Part shown: one piece after another, positions 8,916 to 18,409 of the stretch | Numbering within the stretch: the stretch's first letter is position 1 | Layout: each line of letters starts with the position of its first letter | From: Nannocystis bainbridge | GTDB lineage: Bacteria; Myxococcota_A; Polyangia; Nannocystales; Nannocystaceae | Length of the DNA: 64,000 nt | Direction: 5' to 3' | NCBI RefSeq assembly: GCF_028368995.1 | Contig: NZ_JAQNDL010000001.1 | Span: 832,001-896,000, forward strand | Made by a program: the position numbers and the translations under genes | Notes under the pieces: generated by a model | Told to the model about the DNA's origin: nothing | Database searches by the model: none | What the model saw: only the letters and a program-made list of their open reading frames with translations

Positions 8916-10280
8916 ATGCATTTGCCTGCCCTGCGGTTCACATCGCGAATTTGCGCCCTCTCCCTGCTGCTCGCCGCCTGCGGCGACGACCTCGGCGTCG
9001 GGACCGTCACCGACGGCGCGACGAGCACGAGCACCACGTCCACCGTCACCACCGACGACTCGACGAGCGAGCCGCTGCCGACCACCACCGATCCGACCAC
9101 CGGCGGCACGGCGACCGACGGCGAGTCGACGACCGATATCACCACGTCCACTACCGACGAGACGACTTCCACGACCACCACCGAGACCACGTCCACCACG
9201 GACGAGACTTCGACGTCCACCACCACGGACGAGACGACGACCACCACCACCACCACCGGCGACGCCGTGTGCGGCGACGGGGTGGTCGACGGCGGCGAGG
9301 AGTGCGACGACGGCAACGACGTCGACGAGGACGCCTGTACCAACGCGTGTATCTTCCCCGTCTGCGGCGACGCCATCGTCAACGGCGACGAGGCGTGCGA
9401 CGACGGCAACGCCATCGACGAGGACGCCTGTACCAACGCCTGCGCGCTCCCGGTCTGCGGCGACAACATCGTCGGCCCCGACGAACAGTGCGATGACGGC
9501 AACGTCGACGGCGGCGACGGCTGCGACCCCGAGTGCCAGCTCGAGCCGATCGAGCCCGTCACCTTCGAGTTCACGGGCGCGATCCAGGAGTACCTCGTGC
9601 CGCCCGGCGTCACCCAGGTGAAGCTCGAGGCCTGGGGAGCCGCCGGCGCGACCCCGACCAACAACCTCGCCGTCTGCAACGGCAACCCCGACAACGGCGG
9701 CAAGGGCGGCTACGCCGTCGGCGAGCTCACCGTCACGCCCGGGGACGTGCTGAAGATCCACGTCGGCGGCGCCGGCGGCCTCGGCAACGCACCCGGCTGG
9801 AACGGCGGCGGAGGCAGCTGCGGGGATCCCTCGACCTGCTCGGGCGGCGGCGGCGCCTCCGACGTGCGCACCGCGGCCGACCTCGCCTCGCGCGTCCTCG
9901 TCGCGGGCGGCGGCGGCGGGGCCGAACACTCATGCGGTGGCCAGGGCGGCGGCGCCGGCGGGGGTCTCGTGGGCGCGGCCGGGTTGGGCGGGGACTTCGT
10001 CACGGGCGACGCCCCCGGCGGCACGCAGCTCGCCGGCGGCGCCGGAGGCCTCGGCGCCGGCAACCAGAACGGCACCGCCGGCGCCGCCGGCGTCGGCGGC
10101 AACGGGGCCACGAGCCTGCACGCGGGCGGCGGCGGCGGCGGCTGGTTCGGCGGCGGCGGCGGCGGCCAGGACGGCCACGGCGGCGGCGGCTCGTCGTTCC
10201 TCGGCACGCTCACGAACGCCAGCACCACCCCCGGCCTGCAGGCCGGCGACGGCAAGATCGTCGTCACCCCGCTGATCTGA
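8916..10280 (+). CDS. Lipoprotein with Thr-rich stalk, DUF4215 repeats and C-terminal glycine-rich domain
   Basis: Lipobox LLAAC; three CGD...CDDGN repeats; FTGAIQEYLVP, GGKGGYA, GGGGASDVR, VAGGGGG, GDGKIVV motifs. Confidence 0.85.
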   Translation: MHLPALRFTSRICALSLLLAACGDDLGVGTVTDGATSTSTTSTVTTDDSTSEPLPTTTDPTTGGTATDGESTTDITTSTTDETTSTTTTETTSTTDETSTSTTTDETTTTTTTTGDAVCGDGVVDGGEECDDGNDVDEDACTNACIFPVCGDAIVNGDEACDDGNAIDEDACTNACALPVCGDNIVGPDEQCDDGNVDGGDGCDPECQLEPIEPVTFEFTGAIQEYLVPPGVTQVKLEAWGAAGATPTNNLAVCNGNPDNGGKGGYAVGELTVTPGDVLKIHVGGAGGLGNAPGWNGGGGSCGDPSTCSGGGGASDVRTAADLASRVLVAGGGGGAEHSCGGQGGGAGGGLVGAAGLGGDFVTGDAPGGTQLAGGAGGLGAGNQNGTAGAAGVGGNGATSLHAGGGGGGWFGGGGGGQDGHGGGGSSFLGTLTNASTTPGLQAGDGKIVVTPLI

Positions 10281-10308
10281 GCCGATCCTGTCCGCCAGGA
10301 CAGACTGC

Positions 10309-10440
10309 ACGGATGTCCTGACAGCCATGTCCTTCAGGACATCCTGAGACCACCCGGCCGTCGCCGCGCCGCGGATGTCCTGATGGACATGTCCATGCGG
10401 ACATCCCCGCGTGGGATGATATGTCCTTCAGGACATCTTA
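10309..10440. repeat. 14-bp-period CATG array (three short blocks)
   Basis: Cores at 10312/10326/10340, 10374/10388/10402, 10420/10434. Confidence 0.75.
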
Positions 10441-10587
10441 TCCGCGCGGGCCGCTCGACCTCGATCCGCCCGCGCAGTTCCGCGCGGCTCTACCTGTCTG
10501 AAAGGCCAGCTCGTTCGCGGCCCTGCTCGCGGGGGAGCGCACGCCGGCGCGGCGCCTCGCGCGGATCGCCTGCGTTAGCATCGCTCG

Positions 10588-11658
10588 ATGTCGGTCCGCC
10601 GCCGCGCCCTTGCGTTCGCCGTCCTGCCGCTGCTGCCTGGCTGCTTCAGGGACGACGGCGCCGCCCTGACCCAGACCGCCGCCTCGCTCGAGCCTGGCAC
10701 CTCGACCAGCACCGGCCCCACCACGGGCACCACCGGCGCGATCGATCCGACCACCACCACCAGCGGCGAGCCCGACACCGCCACCACCGACCCGGACACC
10801 ACCGGCACCACCGCGCCGCCGCTGTGCCCCGGCGAGATGCAGTGCACCCCCGGCGAGGTCATGGACACCGGGGCGCTGTGCGAGACGTGCGGCCGCGTGC
10901 GTCGCACCTGTCAGGACGACTGCACCTGGGGCGCCGACGCGTGCTTCGACGACCCCACCTCGTGCGCCTACTGGTACTTCGACGAAGTCCAGCTCGGCTG
11001 GGAGCGGATCGCCCTGCCCCAGCCGCCCCCGCGCCACGCCCCCGCGGCCCCGGCGATCGCCGCCTTCGATCTCCACACCCACGACCAGATCTTCGTCCTC
11101 ACCGCGACCACCTACCACGTGCTGCGCGGCAGCGACGGCAGCTGGCTCGCCTCGGGGCCGCTGGCCGACGTGTTCCCCGGGCTGCCGTTCCCGCTGCTGC
11201 AGTCGTACGCGGTCTACCAGCCCGACTTCGATAACTACATCGTCTACGCCGTCGGTGACCCGATCGCGCGGCTCTACTCGTTCGCCGTCGTGCCGGACGG
11301 CTTCATGACCGAGTACGCGACCGAGGACGCGTGCTGCGGCTCGTTCACCCAGCTCGTCAACCCTGGCACCCCCGCGGCGGTGCGCGACCTCTTCATCGAC
11401 CTCACCCCGCCGTTCTCGTGGGTGGGCGGCCAGTTCTACGCCACCTGCGTCGACGAACTCCTGCCTCTCACCCAATACGCCGCCTGGGTGACGCCGACCG
11501 ACGTGTTCGTCCAGGACCTCGCCTTCTGCTTCGAGATGGTCGCGCAGAGCCCGATCGCCCAGTTCCCGCCGTTCGCCGCCCCCGGCGCCCCGCCCGGCGA
11601 GCGGATCGGCGGCGTCGCCATGCTCGGCGAGCGCCTCTACGTGTTCGCCGGCGAGTGA
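10588..11658 (+). CDS. Hypothetical lipoprotein
   Basis: Lipobox LPGC, Thr-rich linker, Cys-rich module, aromatic beta-rich C-terminal domain. Confidence 0.75.
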   Translation: MSVRRRALAFAVLPLLPGCFRDDGAALTQTAASLEPGTSTSTGPTTGTTGAIDPTTTTSGEPDTATTDPDTTGTTAPPLCPGEMQCTPGEVMDTGALCETCGRVRRTCQDDCTWGADACFDDPTSCAYWYFDEVQLGWERIALPQPPPRHAPAAPAIAAFDLHTHDQIFVLTATTYHVLRGSDGSWLASGPLADVFPGLPFPLLQSYAVYQPDFDNYIVYAVGDPIARLYSFAVVPDGFMTEYATEDACCGSFTQLVNPGTPAAVRDLFIDLTPPFSWVGGQFYATCVDELLPLTQYAAWVTPTDVFVQDLAFCFEMVAQSPIAQFPPFAAPGAPPGERIGGVAMLGERLYVFAGE

Positions 11659-12977
11659 CCTGCCCCTTCGGACCTTTCCGATTCGCCCTGTTCGTTCGCA
11701 CCTGTTCTTTCGAGCCTGCGCGAAAGGACAGCCCACGGCAGGCACAGCGCCGCCGCCACCCCACACACCCCCGGCGCCGCCGCCCCGAGCGCCCCCAGGC
11801 CGCTGTACAGCCAGCCCGCGGCCACGTCCCCGCCGCGGTACACGGCGGTGTCGATCAGGTGCTTGGCCTTGTACTTGGCCTCGCGCCCGGCCTGGGTGAA
11901 CAGCACCTCGCGGGCCGGCTTGGCCAGCGAGAAGTCGGCCGCCCGGCGCAGCACCTGGAACCCGATCAGCACCGCCAGCACCGGCGACGTCGCCAGCACC
12001 ACGAAGCCGATCAGCGAGATCACCGGCAGCAGCGCCAGCGTCCAGCCGACCCCGAGCCTGGGGATGATGCGCCCGACCGCCAGCCCTTGCAGCGCCACGC
12101 TGATCGCGTTGACGGCCAGGTCGGCCCTGGCGAACAGCGCCGTGCGCTCGGCCGGGTCGGCGATCGCCGCCTTGACGATGCGCGCCTGCTCGAAGTAGGC
12201 GAACGTCGCCGTCGTGGTCAGCAGCAGGATCCACAGCGAGATCCCGCGCAACCGCGGCGAGCGGGCGATCAGCACGAACGCCGCCAGCGCCCCGCCGCCG
12301 ATCGGCCGGGCGTCCATCGACATGACCTCCTGGACATGTTCCGAAGAACCTGTCCGAAGCGACCGCATCAGCCCGCGCGCGCACGCGATCGCGCCCTCGA
12401 GGAACAGCGCTGCCAGCAGCACCAGCGCCGGCGCGCCGAGGTGGGGCACCAGCGCCGCGGTCAGCAGCGGGCCCAGGATCGCGCCCGCGCTGCCGCCCGC
12501 CGCCACCAGCCCGAACAGCCGCTCCCCCTGTTCGCGCCGCCACAGATCGGCCATCAGCTCCCAGAACACCGACACGACCAGCAGGTTGTAGACCGCCGCC
12601 CACACGAAGAAGCTGCGGGCCGTCCACACCAGCACGGGCCCGTCGGCCAGCGCGAACAGGCCGACGAACCCGAGCAGCACCAGCGCGCAGAAGCGGTACA
12701 CCAGCGGCACGATCGTGCGCCGGCCGAACCGCGCCACCACCCACGAATAGGCCGGCACCGCCGCCAGCATCACCACGAAGGTCGCCGAGAACAGCCACGG
12801 CAGCCCGTCGACCCCGCCGGCCGTGCCCATCTCGTCGCGCAGCGGCCTCAGGATGTAAAACGAGCACAGGGCGCAGAACAGCAGCCCCGCCGACCACAGC
12901 GCCCCCGGCAACTCCTCGCGCTGCAGCGGCGCGATCGCCCGCGCCACCCGCCACACCCGGCCATCGACATCTGCCAT
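11637..12977 (-). CDS. MFS / NTP-NDP exchange (Tlc-like) transporter
   Basis: About 12 TM segments; YILRPLRDEMG, VSVFWELMAD, KPAREVLFT, KYKAKHLIDTAVYRGGD. Confidence 0.85.
   Translation of the reverse strand: MADVDGRVWRVARAIAPLQREELPGALWSAGLLFCALCSFYILRPLRDEMGTAGGVDGLPWLFSATFVVMLAAVPAYSWVVARFGRRTIVPLVYRFCALVLLGFVGLFALADGPVLVWTARSFFVWAAVYNLLVVSVFWELMADLWRREQGERLFGLVAAGGSAGAILGPLLTAALVPHLGAPALVLLAALFLEGAIACARGLMRSLRTGSSEHVQEVMSMDARPIGGGALAAFVLIARSPRLRGISLWILLLTTTATFAYFEQARIVKAAIADPAERTALFARADLAVNAISVALQGLAVGRIIPRLGVGWTLALLPVISLIGFVVLATSPVLAVLIGFQVLRRAADFSLAKPAREVLFTQAGREAKYKAKHLIDTAVYRGGDVAAGWLYSGLGALGAAAPGVCGVAAALCLPWAVLSRRLERTGANEQGESERSEGAGHSPANT
11656..11735. repeat. 14-bp-period array, CCTG-core variant
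   Basis: Cores at 11659, 11673, 11687, 11701, 11715, 11729 (mostly CCTG); overlaps transporter 3' end. Confidence 0.7.
12318..12355. repeat. 14-bp-period CATG array in the transporter central loop
   Basis: Cores at 12321, 12335, 12349 (CCTG). Confidence 0.7.
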
Positions 12978-13105
12978 CGCCGCGATTGTAGAGGACGCCC
13001 CCCTCGCCGCCCCCGGCCGCGCAGCGTGCGGGCCCGTCACCGCCTCACGTCGGCGATGCGAAACCCGTGCCCGGGTCCGCGGGTCCCAGCACCACCGAGC
13101 CCTGC

Positions 13106-14308
13106 ATGAGCCTCGCACGTCGTCGCTTCCTCCGTCTCGCCAGCGCCGCCCTCGGCCTCGCCGCCTGTCGTCCCGGCCCCGGTGAACAGACCGCCGCGCC
13201 CCCTTCGGACGGCGCCCCGCCGCCCGCCGATCCGCCGCTGCGCCCCGAGCCTGTCCTGCTCGGCGGGCCCAAGCAGAAGATCCTGATCCTCGGCGGCACC
13301 GCCTTCCTCGGCCCGCAGCTCGTCGAGGCCGCCCAGGCCCGCGGCCACAGCGTCACCCTGTTCAACCGCGGCAAGACCCGGCCCGAGCTGTTCCCCGACG
13401 TCGAGAAGCTGCGCGGCGACCGTGACGGCGACCTCAAGGCGCTGCAGGGCCGCACCTGGGACACCGTCATCGACACCTCCGGCTACGTCCCGCGGATCGT
13501 CAAGGCCTCGGCCGAGCTGCTGGCGCCGAACGTCCGCCAGTACGTGTTCGTCTCCACCATCTCCGTCTACGCCGACACCAGCAAGCTCGGCATCGACGAG
13601 GACGCCCCCGTCGCCGTCGCCCCCGATCCCACGACCGAGGACATCCCGGCCCACTACGGCGCGCTCAAGGCCCTGTGTGAGCAGGCGGCCGAGGCCGCGG
13701 TGCCCGGCCGCACCACCGTCATTCGCCCCGGCCTCATCGTCGGCCCGGGCGACGGCAGCGACCGCTTCACCTACTGGCCGGCGCGCGTGGCCGCCGGCGG
13801 CGAGGTGCTCGCGCCCGGCGATCCGAGCACCCCGGTGCAGTTCATCGATGTCCGCGACCTCGCCGAGTTCATCATCGCCGCGATCGAGGGCGGCCACGTC
13901 GGCGTCTACAACGCCGACGGCGCGCCGCTGCCGATGGGCGAGCTGCTGACCGGCAGCAAGGCCGCGCTGGCCAGCAACGCCGAGTTCACATGGGTCGATC
14001 GTCAGTTCCTGGCCGACAACAAGGTCGAGCCGTGGAGCGACCTGCCGGTGTGGCTCCCGCCCGACCCCGGGTTCGAGGGCGCGGCTACCTTCCGCATCGA
14101 CCGCGCCACCGCGATCGGCCTCAAGTTCCGCCCGCTGGCCGAGACCGTGACCTCTACAGTTGCCTGGTGGAACACCCTGCCCGAGCCGCGCCGGGCCAAG
14201 ATGCGGGCCGGCATCACCCGCGAGCGCGAGGCCCAGCTGCTGGCCGCCTGGCACGCCGCCCACCCGGCCCCGGGCAAGCCCAAGGCCAAGAAGAAGAAAG
14301 CCGCGTAG
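13106..14308 (+). CDS. NAD-dependent epimerase/dehydratase (atypical SDR) with Tat/lipoprotein signal
   Basis: RRRFL twin-arginine signal and LAAC; ILILGGTAFLG Rossmann motif; YGALK. Confidence 0.88.
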   Translation: MSLARRRFLRLASAALGLAACRPGPGEQTAAPPSDGAPPPADPPLRPEPVLLGGPKQKILILGGTAFLGPQLVEAAQARGHSVTLFNRGKTRPELFPDVEKLRGDRDGDLKALQGRTWDTVIDTSGYVPRIVKASAELLAPNVRQYVFVSTISVYADTSKLGIDEDAPVAVAPDPTTEDIPAHYGALKALCEQAAEAAVPGRTTVIRPGLIVGPGDGSDRFTYWPARVAAGGEVLAPGDPSTPVQFIDVRDLAEFIIAAIEGGHVGVYNADGAPLPMGELLTGSKAALASNAEFTWVDRQFLADNKVEPWSDLPVWLPPDPGFEGAATFRIDRATAIGLKFRPLAETVTSTVAWWNTLPEPRRAKMRAGITREREAQLLAAWHAAHPAPGKPKAKKKKAA

Positions 14309-14319
14309 GCTGCCCCTCG

Positions 14320-14385
14320 GGGCATGCCCGTAGAGACATGACCGAAGGGGCATGTCCATCCGGGCATGTCCATCCGAGCATGCCC
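14320..14385. repeat. 14-bp-period CATG array (5 units)
   Basis: CATG at 14323, 14337, 14351, 14365, 14379. Confidence 0.92.
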
Positions 14386-14455
14386 TGAGGACCAGCCGCG
14401 TCGCCGCGGCTCACCGCCTCGCGTCGTCGCCGGCGCGAGGCTCACCGCCCTCGCC

Positions 14456-17400
14456 TCAGGCGCCGCGCCGGCGCCGGCGCATCAGCCCCACCAGCGCCAG
14501 CAGCCCCGCCCCGGCCCAGCCGCCGCCCGCGTCGCTGCGGCAGGCGCAGCCGTCGTCCTGCCCGGCCTGCGGCGAAGTCGTGCCCGAGTCGGGCTCGCCG
14601 CTCGAGCTGTCCGTCGCCTCGGTCGTGCTGCTCGCGCTGCCCTCGCTGTCGCTGGTGGTCGGCGTCGCGCCGACGCAGTCGCCCGGATCGGCCACCCACC
14701 CGGGGAACGGCGTGTTCGTCACGCCCGAGAAGCCGAGGTTGTCGAGGTCCCAGCCGGGCGCCGCGGTCGCGAAGTCGCTGCCCTGACGGAAGCGCACGCG
14801 GACCTCCTTGCCCGCGAACGCCATGCCCAGGTCGACCTCGACGTGGTCGAGCAGCGGGTACGACGGGCTGACGCGCACATAGCCCGGCCGGTTCGACAGC
14901 GGGTTGTCGCTGCTGGCGATCGTGCCCGAGTAAGCGGGATCGCCGTACTTCGCCAGGTCCTCCCAGGTCTTGCCGCCGTCGCTCGAGATCTCGACCACCC
15001 CGCCGTCCCACGCGAGGATGTTGGCGTCCTGGTCGGGCGACGAGTCGAAGTAGTACGCGTGGTCGAACGAGATCACGAGCGGCTGATCGGCCGCGACCTT
15101 CATCGTCGGCGACAGCAGCCAGGTGTCGGACTTGGCGTCCGGGTCGTCGACGTGCCAGCCCGTGCCGCTCGAAGCGTTGGCCAGACGCGCCCACAGGTCC
15201 TTGCCGCCGGTCCCGCTCGCGGCCCACAGCGTGTCCGCGGCCTCGACGTCGTCGACCGACGACGAGGCCGCCATCGGGTCGCCGTTCAGCACCACCTTCA
15301 GCTCGCGCACCGCCTCGGCCTCGCAGCCGCCCGGCGTCGTCATCTTGAGCGAGAACGTCGCCGCCTCGACCCCCGGCAGCGCCTCGGGCAGCGCGAACGG
15401 GAGCTGCAGGGTCGCCGAGCTGCGCGGCGCCAGGGTGTCGAGCGCGATCGTCGTCTCGCCGGCGAACGTCACGCTCGGGCTCGAGCTCGAGATCGTGAGC
15501 TGCGCCCCGGCCAGGTCGGCGCCGCCGAGGTTCTCGATGGCAATCGTCAGCAGGCCGGGCTCGCCGACGTCGACCACCCCGTCCTGGTCGCACGACATCG
15601 TCGCGTCGTCGACCGTCGCCGCCGCCAGCACCCCGAGCGGCCGGACCTCGAAGTCCTCCATCACCCCGTCGAACAGCAGCGAGTCGCGCGTCGGCGCGAC
15701 CGCGCAGGTGCCCGCGCCGCGGCGGGCGAACGCCGTCGCCGCCGCCGCGAAGTCGCCCGGGTCGGCGACCGCCATGGCCGCCAGCAGCGCGTCGCGCTGC
15801 TCGGTGTACGTCGGCCCGACCGGCGCCATCATCATGCCGGTGACGACGTAGTCGCTCATCGCCCGCCGCACCTCGTCGAAGCTCTTGCGCCCCGCGTTGA
15901 CCTTGTGCAGCGCGACGTAGACCTCCCACAGCATCGTCGCCCACACCTCGCCGGCGTTGTGGACCTCGTAGTTGGGCGCGCCGAACACGTCGTTGATCGG
16001 GTGCTGATCGGGCAGCGGCTCGCCGTCGGCGATGTGGCGGAAGGTCAGCGCGTTCTTGGTGATGTCGACCGAATACGGCACCCGGCGCACGCCGAAGTAA
16101 TGCGTCGGGTCGGGGCCGGTGTAGTTGGCGTCGGCGTAGGTCCCGTCGAGATCGTCACCTGACCGCAAGGCCATGTGGATCGCCAGGAAATCGCCCCAGC
16201 CCTCGCCCTGGGCCCGGCACTGCATGCTGACGCACTCGACCAGGCGGTTGTGGATGAAGTGGCCCCACTCGTGCGCCACCACCAGGTTCTCGATCGTGCC
16301 GTCGCGCTCGGGCGGGCTGTTGCCGACCATGTGGGCGGTCAGCGGGCCGTTTTGCAGCTGGGCCTTGAGCGCGTCGCCGTCGCTCTTCGACAGGCCCTGG
16401 CCCGGGATCGTCGGGTCGTCGATCATGTGATCGGGCCCCGGCGGGTAGGCCGGCTGGTCGGCGAGGATGTCGGGATAGATGACGCCGACCGCCCCGGCCG
16501 CCTCGGCGAGGTTGGCCTTGAGCTCGAAGGCGCAGGTGCCCCGATCGATCAGCGCGATCTTGCCGGTGAGGTCGTTCTGCGGCGGCTCGCAGCCGTCGCT
16601 CGGGCTCTTGCCGGCGCCGTCGTCGACCACCACCAGCTCGGCGGTGACGTCGTAGATCTTGGGGCCGAAATCCGCCTGACCGACCTCGAACGGCGCGTCC
16701 TCGATCGTCAGCGACAGGTCGGTCGAGGCCGCGCTGTACACGAACATGTGCATGTGCGACGGCTCGCCGTCCTCGAGCGTCACCATGTACGCGTTGTCGC
16801 GCAGGCCGTCGAACACGCCGTCCTGGGCCAGCGTCAGCAGCGGGTCGCCGCCCTGCCCGCCGCGGCCGAAATTGTCGGCCTGGGCGTTGCCGGCGCCCTC
16901 GTCGAAGCCCGAGTCGTACCACCAGTCGTGAAGGTAGTTGGTGACGTAGAACAGCTGCGTGGCCGCGGCCTTGCACTGCTCTTCGCTGGCGCCCGGCTCC
17001 TGCGTCAGGTCGTAGGCGCGGTCGAACACGCCGGGCGCGGTGACCGACGCGCGGAAGTCCTTGGCGCCGATCTTCTGGTCGCCGGCGCGGTTGCAGAACG
17101 CGTCGACGTTGTTGCCGACGGTCTCGGTGGCCCCGGGCGGCAGCCACGGATCGGGCTCACCCTCGGGGTTGGTGTTGAGGCCCTCGATCGTCACCAGCAC
17201 CGGCGCCGGACCGATCATCGGCGCGCCGGTCGGCTCCCCGAGCGGGTGCGGCGTGTAGTCCTCCATCGGCCCGTCGAGCGGGCGGTGATCGCCGTCGTCG
17301 TCGGCCCACACGCGGTACGCGTAGGCGTCGCGCTGCTTGGCGTCCTGGCGCTCCAGCACCCGCCCATCGTCGGCCGCGATCACGTAGAGGAACGCCTCCG

Positions 17401-18109
17401 GCTGGCCGCCCGCGGTCGCGGCCTGGACCTCGACGCGGTGGGCCGGCACCAGCGATCCTCCGACCGGGAAGTACACCGGCCGCACGCGGGCCGGCCGCGA
17501 CAGCGTGAGCCCGGCCGGCGCCTTGGCCAGCGTATACGGCACCCGCCCCGCGGCGTCGGCCGCCCGGGTCGCGACCCACCTGTCCGCCGGGACATATACG
17601 CCGAACAGGTCGCGCAGGGCCGCCGTCACGCTCTCGGGCGCGCTCACGGCCGCCGCGCGGGCGCTGCTGGCCACCGCCGCCGGGTGCGGGCTGCCCCCGA
17701 TCGCGCGCAGGCCGAGGTCGCGGCCCAGCAAGATCTTGATATCACCGTGAAGGACATCGACGCCGGCGACCGTCGGCCGCAGGATCACCACGATCCCGCC
17801 GCGGCCGGTGTCGTGGACGTGGACCAGGCGGACATCGGCGAGGGCCGCCCGCGGCGCGGCATAGACGTGGCGCAGGCGCTCCAGGTGGTGGCGCGCGGCC
17901 TGCTCGGGCGAAGCCCCGCGCGGGGCCGGGCCCGTCGCCCACACGAACGACGGCACCCCGGCGTGCCGCGAGGCGACCACCACGTCGCTGGCGACCCGCC
18001 CGGCCACCGTCGGCGCCGGCGACCCGGACGCATAAACGGGCGCGAGCGCGGTCGTCAGTGTCAAAAGATATCCGCAGGGGACGAAGCCTATCCTCGATCG
18101 ATGGTGCAT
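14456..18109 (-). CDS. M36 (fungalysin-like) metallopeptidase with PA domain and MYXO-CTERM anchor
   Basis: HEWGH, GEGWGD, EVHNAGEVW; PA domain GKIALIDRGTC; C-terminal GCAC, hydrophobic helix and RRRRR. Confidence 0.92.
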   Translation of the reverse strand: MHHRSRIGFVPCGYLLTLTTALAPVYASGSPAPTVAGRVASDVVVASRHAGVPSFVWATGPAPRGASPEQAARHHLERLRHVYAAPRAALADVRLVHVHDTGRGGIVVILRPTVAGVDVLHGDIKILLGRDLGLRAIGGSPHPAAVASSARAAAVSAPESVTAALRDLFGVYVPADRWVATRAADAAGRVPYTLAKAPAGLTLSRPARVRPVYFPVGGSLVPAHRVEVQAATAGGQPEAFLYVIAADDGRVLERQDAKQRDAYAYRVWADDDGDHRPLDGPMEDYTPHPLGEPTGAPMIGPAPVLVTIEGLNTNPEGEPDPWLPPGATETVGNNVDAFCNRAGDQKIGAKDFRASVTAPGVFDRAYDLTQEPGASEEQCKAAATQLFYVTNYLHDWWYDSGFDEGAGNAQADNFGRGGQGGDPLLTLAQDGVFDGLRDNAYMVTLEDGEPSHMHMFVYSAASTDLSLTIEDAPFEVGQADFGPKIYDVTAELVVVDDGAGKSPSDGCEPPQNDLTGKIALIDRGTCAFELKANLAEAAGAVGVIYPDILADQPAYPPGPDHMIDDPTIPGQGLSKSDGDALKAQLQNGPLTAHMVGNSPPERDGTIENLVVAHEWGHFIHNRLVECVSMQCRAQGEGWGDFLAIHMALRSGDDLDGTYADANYTGPDPTHYFGVRRVPYSVDITKNALTFRHIADGEPLPDQHPINDVFGAPNYEVHNAGEVWATMLWEVYVALHKVNAGRKSFDEVRRAMSDYVVTGMMMAPVGPTYTEQRDALLAAMAVADPGDFAAAATAFARRGAGTCAVAPTRDSLLFDGVMEDFEVRPLGVLAAATVDDATMSCDQDGVVDVGEPGLLTIAIENLGGADLAGAQLTISSSSPSVTFAGETTIALDTLAPRSSATLQLPFALPEALPGVEAATFSLKMTTPGGCEAEAVRELKVVLNGDPMAASSSVDDVEAADTLWAASGTGGKDLWARLANASSGTGWHVDDPDAKSDTWLLSPTMKVAADQPLVISFDHAYYFDSSPDQDANILAWDGGVVEISSDGGKTWEDLAKYGDPAYSGTIASSDNPLSNRPGYVRVSPSYPLLDHVEVDLGMAFAGKEVRVRFRQGSDFATAAPGWDLDNLGFSGVTNTPFPGWVADPGDCVGATPTTSDSEGSASSTTEATDSSSGEPDSGTTSPQAGQDDGCACRSDAGGGWAGAGLLALVGLMRRRRRGA

Positions 18110-18409
18110 CGGCGCCGAGCTTAGCCAATGGACCTCCCGTGTCGAGCCGCGTCGGTACGAGCCGCCGCGGGCGTGGCCGCGCGCCAGAGCTGCGACGCGC
18201 ACCGACCTGACCGTTCGTACAGATGCTGCGTGACCCCATCGCCCGACGGTCGCGCTGCGTCGCCGCGGTGGCCTCGACCGCCACGCCCGAACAGTCGGCC
18301 CGCCGCGCGGCCCTGCCCACGTCCGCGGACAACGCGCCTAACCGCCCGCAACCCCGGCCCGCGCGTGCAACTGGCGGTACCGTCGCGTCCGCGGCGGTTC
18401 TGCGGCATC

